DNA of 48,433 nucleotides from Xylographa opegraphella (Eukaryota): NCBI GenBank assembly GCA_022813865.1, contig JALDZX010000045.1, positions 124,001 to 172,433 of the forward strand, read 5' to 3'. Shown piece by piece: positions 47,981 to 48,433 of this stretch (position 1 is its first letter; each line of letters starts with the position of its first letter). The notes under the pieces were generated by a model. It saw only the letters and a program-made list of their open reading frames with translations, ran no database searches and was not told where the DNA came from. The position numbers and the translations under genes were made by a program.

Positions 47981-48070
47981 AAAAATGTCGAAAAAATGTC
48001 CGGAAAGTGTCGAAAAAATGTCCGGAAAGTGTCGAAAAAATGTCCGGAAAGTGTCGAAAAAATGTCGAAA
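47981..48070. repeat. 22-bp minisatellite (AAAAAATGTCCGGAAAGTGTCG)x3 with partial flanking units
   Basis: Three exact copies at 47991-48056, flanked by AAAAATGTCG half-units. Confidence 0.9.
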
Positions 48071-48145
48071 ATCCCGAATCTTCGCCTGAAACCCCAAACT
48101 CCCTTACCCCCACCACCAGTCGATCAATACACAGCTAAAGCCCAA

Positions 48146-48325
48146 TGTGACGATTATGACATCAGTCACAAGTAACAGGGGTCGGGCTGGATCAGGACTA
48201 GCACCTTGAGTATATAGTCTTGCCCATGGAGCAGCCTCATCGCTTCTCCATCTTAATCTGGGTTGAAATCGTCCTAAAGCTTACGTTCTAGGCGTGCTTG
48301 TGTGGTGAGTTGATGAGCCGTAACA
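48146..48325 (-). mobile_element. Solo LTR (180 bp) of an LTR retrotransposon, with 5-bp target-site duplication CCCAA
   Basis: The minus strand reads TGTTACGG...CGTCACA (TG..CA termini, imperfect terminal inverted repeat); CCCAA at both 48141-48145 and 48326-48330; internal TATATA. Orientation is inferred from the TGTTAC start. Confidence 0.85.
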
Positions 48326-48372
48326 CCCAACAGACCCATCCCCATATTATATAAAACCCACACCACGATCCG

Positions 48373-48433
48373 TGTTACGGCTCATCAACTCACCACACAA
48401 GCACGCCTAGAACGTAAGCTTTAGGTGGACGAT
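48373..48433 (+). mobile_element. Second copy of the same LTR in the opposite orientation, running off the window edge
   Basis: TGTTACGGCTCATCAACTCACCACACAAGCACGCCTAGAACGTAAGCTTTAGG is identical to the reverse complement of 48273-48325; the match resumes (GACGAT) after a 3-bp indel. Confidence 0.85.

Noticed and set aside
48273..48425. MITE or miRNA-like hairpin
   Set aside because: Better explained as two LTR copies: the left arm is the end of a TG..CA element with its own 5-bp TSD, and the similarity continues outward

Overview
Eukaryotic DNA from a filamentous ascomycete (Pezizomycotina), judged from short GT..CTRAC..AG introns and recognisable fungal genes. The conserved backbone is: 3' part of SLA1, a FAD-linked (PCMH/BBE-like) oxidoreductase, a pirin, a SIMPL/DUF541 gene, the GATA factor nsdD behind an ~8 kb intergenic region, the divergent housekeeping fatty-acid synthase pair FAS2/FAS1, and an EMC10-like gene. 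At the right edge are a 22-bp minisatellite and two oppositely oriented copies of one LTR; one is a complete 180-bp solo LTR with a 5-bp TSD. The most unusual part is an ~11 kb block (7.0-17.7 kb) of three paralogous, intron-poor genes. Together they hold four copies of one module: a TRAFAC-like P-loop GTPase (GxTQxGKS[T/S], D[T/S]PGL), a coiled coil, a ~90-aa beta-rich domain and a returning coiled coil. The third gene has an upstream exon that the ORF track does not join, and is a head-to-tail fusion of a degenerate (pseudo-)GTPase module and an intact one. By analogy only, this resembles paired or fused dynamin-like and immune GTPase systems, so it is a candidate uncharacterised fungal defence or membrane-remodelling system. 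No database search could be run; family calls rest on motif recognition.
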